Below are positions 14,890 through 18,033 of a DNA stretch of 18,033 nt, piece after piece. Position numbers and translations under genes: made by a program. The notes under the pieces are model-generated. The model searched no databases, had not been told where the DNA came from, and worked only from the letters and a program-made list of their open reading frames with translations. Position 1 is the first letter of the stretch, and every line of letters starts with the position of its first letter. Origin of the DNA: Vulcanimicrobiota bacterium (lineage in GTDB: Bacteria; Vulcanimicrobiota; Vulcanimicrobiia; Vulcanimicrobiales; Vulcanimicrobiaceae); the NCBI GenBank assembly GCA_003135555.1, contig PLCF01000075.1:1-18033 (forward strand), given 5' to 3'.

Positions 14890-17238
14890 ATGGCTCGCGT
14901 CCGACGGAAGACGAGCACGAAGACCCGCTGGAACCTCGAGATCGCCGGCATCGCGGCGCTCGGCTTCGCCGTGCTGCTGGGCGTTGCGCTCGTCGTGCCG
15001 CCGGCGCGCACCGGCGTCGTCGGCGGCGCGACCGCGTTCGCGCTGCACGCGCTGTTCGGGAGCGGAGCCGCGTTGTTCGTGATCCTCATCGCGCTGGTGG
15101 GCGCCATCGTCTTCCTCGAGATCGACGTCCCCAAGATGATCGCGACGCTGGGCGGTGCGGCGTGCGCGTACTTCATCGCGCTCGACGTCGGCTTGGCGGC
15201 GTCGGGGCGCGACGGCGGAGCGGTCGGCGGGGCGATCGTCCGTGGGCTGCACGCGCTCGTCGGCGACGCGGGCGTCTGGATCGTGCTGATCGTCGCGGTG
15301 CTCGTGGTGACCGTGGCGATCACCGGCGTGAGCCTCAAGCGGATCATCGGCTGGTGCGTGACGCGCTTGGCCGCGCTACGCCCGCCGGCATCGCAAGCGG
15401 CACCGACATCGGCGGCGCGCCCGACCTCGCTGCGCGAAGCATTCCATCTGCCCGCGCTGTTGCCGCGCGCAGCGCAGCCCGCCGCCACCGTGCCGGCGAT
15501 CCCCGCGCCGACCCACACCGTAGTCGAAACCGAGCCGGCCCGTTTCTACGATCGAGACGCCGACGGCGAGCTCGACGCGGACGACTACTACGACGAGGAC
15601 GACGACGAATACGACGAGGACGACGACGCGCTCGACGAGGACGAGGGCGACGACGACGGCATCGCCGGCGAACCGGAGGACGATGCGCCGGGCGACGTCG
15701 ACTCCGGGGTGCAGGACGGGCGGGTAACGGTGCTGCCGGCGGTGCGCGGCGAGTACGAGCCCCCCGCCCCGACGGCGTACGTGCTCCCCGACGTCGCGGC
15801 GATCTTCGACGCGCCGCCGGCGCAAAAGCCCGACGACGCCAGCCGCGCACACATCCTCGAAGACACCCTGGCGTCGTTCGGAGTCGGCGCGAAGGTCATC
15901 CACATCGAGCGCGGGCCGTCGATCACGCGCTACGAGCTGCGGCCCGAGCGCGGCGTCAAGATCTCGCGCATCGCGTCGCTCACCGACGACCTGGCGCTGG
16001 CGCTGGCCGCGACCTCGGTGCGTATCGAGGCGCCGATCCCGGGCAAATCGGCGGTCGGGATCGAGATCCCCAATGCGATCGTCTCGATCGTCGCGATCCG
16101 CGAGATTCTCGAACGGCTCCCCAAAGGCGCCGCGCCGCTGGCGATCGCGCTGGGCAAAGACATCACCGGCGGCCCGGTCTTCGGCGACTTGGGCAAGATG
16201 CCGCACCTGCTCGTCGCCGGAGCGACCGGCGCCGGCAAGTCGGTGTGCCTCAACTGCATCATCGCATCGCTGCTGGTCACGTCGCGGCCCGACGAGCTCG
16301 AGCTGCTCATGATCGACCCCAAGCGCGTCGAGCTCACCGTCTACAACGGCATCCCGCACCTGCGCAACGAGGTCATCACCGACCCCAGCATGGCCGCCGG
16401 CGCCTTGAACAAGATCACCAACGAGATGGATTCGCGCTACCAGCGCTTCGCCAAGGCGGGCGTGCGCAAGATCGAAGAGTACAACGCGAAGTTTCCGGCC
16501 GAGAAGCTGCCCTACATCGTGGTGATCATCGACGAGCTGGCCGACCTCATGCTCGTCGCGCCGGCCAAAGTCGAGATGCTGGTGATGCGCTTGGCCCAGC
16601 TCGCACGCGCGACCGGGATCCACCTCGTCGTCGCGACGCAGCGCCCGTCGGTCGACGTCATCACCGGGCTCATCAAGGCCAACATCCCATCGCGCATCGC
16701 CTTTGCGGTTAGCTCGCAGGTCGATTCGCGCGTGATCCTGGACATGAACGGCGCGGAACGCCTGCTCGGGCGCGGCGACATGCTCTATCTGCCGATCGAC
16801 GCGCCCAAACCGGTGCGGGCGCAAGGCGCGCTCATCAGCGGCCACGAGATCGAGAAGCTCGTCGCGTTCTGGAAGCGCCAGGCCAATCCGGCCGAGCTCA
16901 AGTCGATGGAGATCACGCCGCTGCGCGACGACGACGAACGCAACGCGAACGCCGACCGCCGCACCGACGAGCTGTGGTACGACGCGGCGAAGTTCTTGCT
17001 CGACTCGCGCGTCGCCAAGGGCGAGCCCGGGGTCGGCTCGACCGCGGCACTGCAAGCCCGCTTCTCGATCGGGCACCCGCGCGCGGTGCGGTTGATGCGC
17101 CAGCTCGAAGAGTTCGGGATCGTCGGTCCCAACGAAGGGACCAAGCCGCGCAACGTCATCATCGAATCGCCCACCGATCTCGAACGGCTCGCCGACCGCA
17201 TCGGCCGGCCCGCGCAGACCGACCTGTTCGCGGGATGA
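14890..17238 (+). CDS. ftsK: DNA translocase FtsK/SpoIIIE
   Basis: From ATG 14890: N-terminal TM domain, acidic linker, alpha domain (GPSITRYE...RIEAPIPGKSAVGIEIPN), Walker A PHLLVAGATGAGKS, MIDPKRVEL, Walker B IIDELADLM, ATQRPSVDVITG, GAERLLGRGDML, C-terminal gamma domain. Confidence 0.97.
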   Translation: MARVRRKTSTKTRWNLEIAGIAALGFAVLLGVALVVPPARTGVVGGATAFALHALFGSGAALFVILIALVGAIVFLEIDVPKMIATLGGAACAYFIALDVGLAASGRDGGAVGGAIVRGLHALVGDAGVWIVLIVAVLVVTVAITGVSLKRIIGWCVTRLAALRPPASQAAPTSAARPTSLREAFHLPALLPRAAQPAATVPAIPAPTHTVVETEPARFYDRDADGELDADDYYDEDDDEYDEDDDALDEDEGDDDGIAGEPEDDAPGDVDSGVQDGRVTVLPAVRGEYEPPAPTAYVLPDVAAIFDAPPAQKPDDASRAHILEDTLASFGVGAKVIHIERGPSITRYELRPERGVKISRIASLTDDLALALAATSVRIEAPIPGKSAVGIEIPNAIVSIVAIREILERLPKGAAPLAIALGKDITGGPVFGDLGKMPHLLVAGATGAGKSVCLNCIIASLLVTSRPDELELLMIDPKRVELTVYNGIPHLRNEVITDPSMAAGALNKITNEMDSRYQRFAKAGVRKIEEYNAKFPAEKLPYIVVIIDELADLMLVAPAKVEMLVMRLAQLARATGIHLVVATQRPSVDVITGLIKANIPSRIAFAVSSQVDSRVILDMNGAERLLGRGDMLYLPIDAPKPVRAQGALISGHEIEKLVAFWKRQANPAELKSMEITPLRDDDERNANADRRTDELWYDAAKFLLDSRVAKGEPGVGSTAALQARFSIGHPRAVRLMRQLEEFGIVGPNEGTKPRNVIIESPTDLERLADRIGRPAQTDLFAG
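15550..15702 (+). repeat. Low-complexity (GAC/GAG)n acidic coding tract within the ftsK linker
   Basis: Encodes DRDADGELDADDYYDEDDDEYDEDDDALDEDEGDDDG... with a direct repeat TACGACGAGGACGACGAC. Confidence 0.7.
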
Positions 17239-17861
17239 TCGTCCGCTCCGCCGTCGTCGCGCTCGTCGCAGCGGCGCTGTACGTAGCGCTCGGCCGCGCC
17301 GTCTCGCACGTTCCGCCGTACGGCATCGACGTGGCGGGGCGCGCGCTCGCCGGGGAGGCGCCGCATCTGGCGCTGCTGTTCACGCGCTCGTGCCTGTGGT
17401 ACGTGCTCGTCGCGCTCGGGCTCATCGCCATCTTCGTGGCGATCCGTTTTCCGGCGTGGCGCGCGCGCGTCGTGTTCGCCATTTCCACGACGCTGATTGC
17501 GTGGCAGCTCAGCGACGCTCTCAAGCTCGTCTTCGGGCGGCCCCGGCCCGAATACTGGAAGCTCATCCACGAGCCGACGTTCGCCTATTCGAGCGGGCAC
17601 GCGATGTTCGCGGTGCTCGTCTACGGCCTGTGGGCGTGGTTCATCTGGCGCAGTGATCTGCCGTACGCGGTGCGCGTCGTCGTCGCGCCGTTGCTCGCGC
17701 TCTGGGGCTGCGGCGTGATCTGGTCGCGCCTCGCGCTAGGCGCGCACTACGCTACGGACCTCATCGGCGGCGTGCTGCTCGGGACCACGACGCTCGCCCT
17801 CGCCACGGCGATCGGCGCGGTGCTGGGCGCGGGGCGACGCCGTCGAGCGCGCGCCGCCTGA
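17235..17861 (+). CDS. PAP2 family membrane phosphatase (possible undecaprenyl-pyrophosphate/lipid phosphatase)
   Basis: ATG overlaps the ftsK stop (ATGA). Motifs C1 KLVFGRPRP, C2 YSSGH, C3 SRLALGAHYATD; several TM segments. Confidence 0.88.
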   Translation: MIVRSAVVALVAAALYVALGRAVSHVPPYGIDVAGRALAGEAPHLALLFTRSCLWYVLVALGLIAIFVAIRFPAWRARVVFAISTTLIAWQLSDALKLVFGRPRPEYWKLIHEPTFAYSSGHAMFAVLVYGLWAWFIWRSDLPYAVRVVVAPLLALWGCGVIWSRLALGAHYATDLIGGVLLGTTTLALATAIGAVLGAGRRRRARAA

Positions 17862-17878
17862 CGAGAACCGCGCCGGCG

Positions 17879-18033
17879 TTACGGGCGCTGCTTCACCAGC
17901 GGCGGGCGCTTCTGATGGAACGCGGTCTCGCGCTGGTAGCGCGTGCCCAGCGCGGTCAGCGCCGCCTCGCCCCAGGCGCGGCCGAGAAACGCCAGCGAGG
18001 TCGGCAACCCGTTGGGCCCCATCCCGTTGGGCA
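17879..18033 (-). CDS. Amidase signature (GatA-like) family protein, C-terminal fragment
   Basis: Manual translation to TAA at 17879: ...PNGMGPNGLPTSLAFLGRAWGEAALTALGTRYQRETAFHQKRPPLVKQRP*. This follows the amidase C-terminal pattern P.G....GLP.....G..W.E........YQ..T.(W/F)H..RP. The 5' part lies outside the window. Confidence 0.72.
   Translation of the reverse strand, partial: PNGMGPNGLPTSLAFLGRAWGEAALTALGTRYQRETAFHQKRPPLVKQRP

Noticed and set aside
13759..15252. N-terminal extensions on ftsK (from 14014) and the dehydrogenase (from 15252)
   Set aside because: Same artefact of divergent high-GC genes. Plausible starts are 14890 and 14832.
1..18033. CRISPR arrays, tRNAs, IS elements, att sites, prophage genes
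   Set aside because: No regularly spaced repeats, cloverleafs, transposase or integrase motifs, or terminal inverted repeats were seen. Intergenic gaps are all 151 bp or shorter.

Overview
High-GC bacterial chromosomal window, mostly housekeeping. It comes from a diderm organism, since it encodes an outer-membrane beta-barrel receptor. Gene repertoire and protein style suggest Vulcanimicrobiota/Ca. Eremiobacterota, which is inference only. Gene order: yajQ (partial) and rodZ on the minus strand; mnmA (+); a secreted tandem-retropepsin aspartyl protease (+); a strong bidirectional terminator; a two-gene minus-strand unit (1054-aa TonB-dependent-receptor-like protein plus an uncharacterised 390-aa lipoprotein) behind a structured 151-bp leader; futalosine menaquinone genes mqnE-mqnA-mqnC (-); an orphan DppC/OppC permease (+); a CreD-like membrane protein with a tandem palindromic operator (+); an isocitrate-dehydrogenase-family gene (-); ftsK coupled to a PAP2 phosphatase (+); and the 3' end of an amidase (-). 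I saw no mobile elements, CRISPR arrays, tRNA or rRNA. Best candidates for undescribed biology: the receptor/lipoprotein pair with its neighbouring protease, its structured leader, the creD operator pair, a recurring AGG-N16-18-(C/G)NAA promoter-like motif 9-11 nt before several start codons, and an FtsK gamma domain with an altered DNA-recognition helix.
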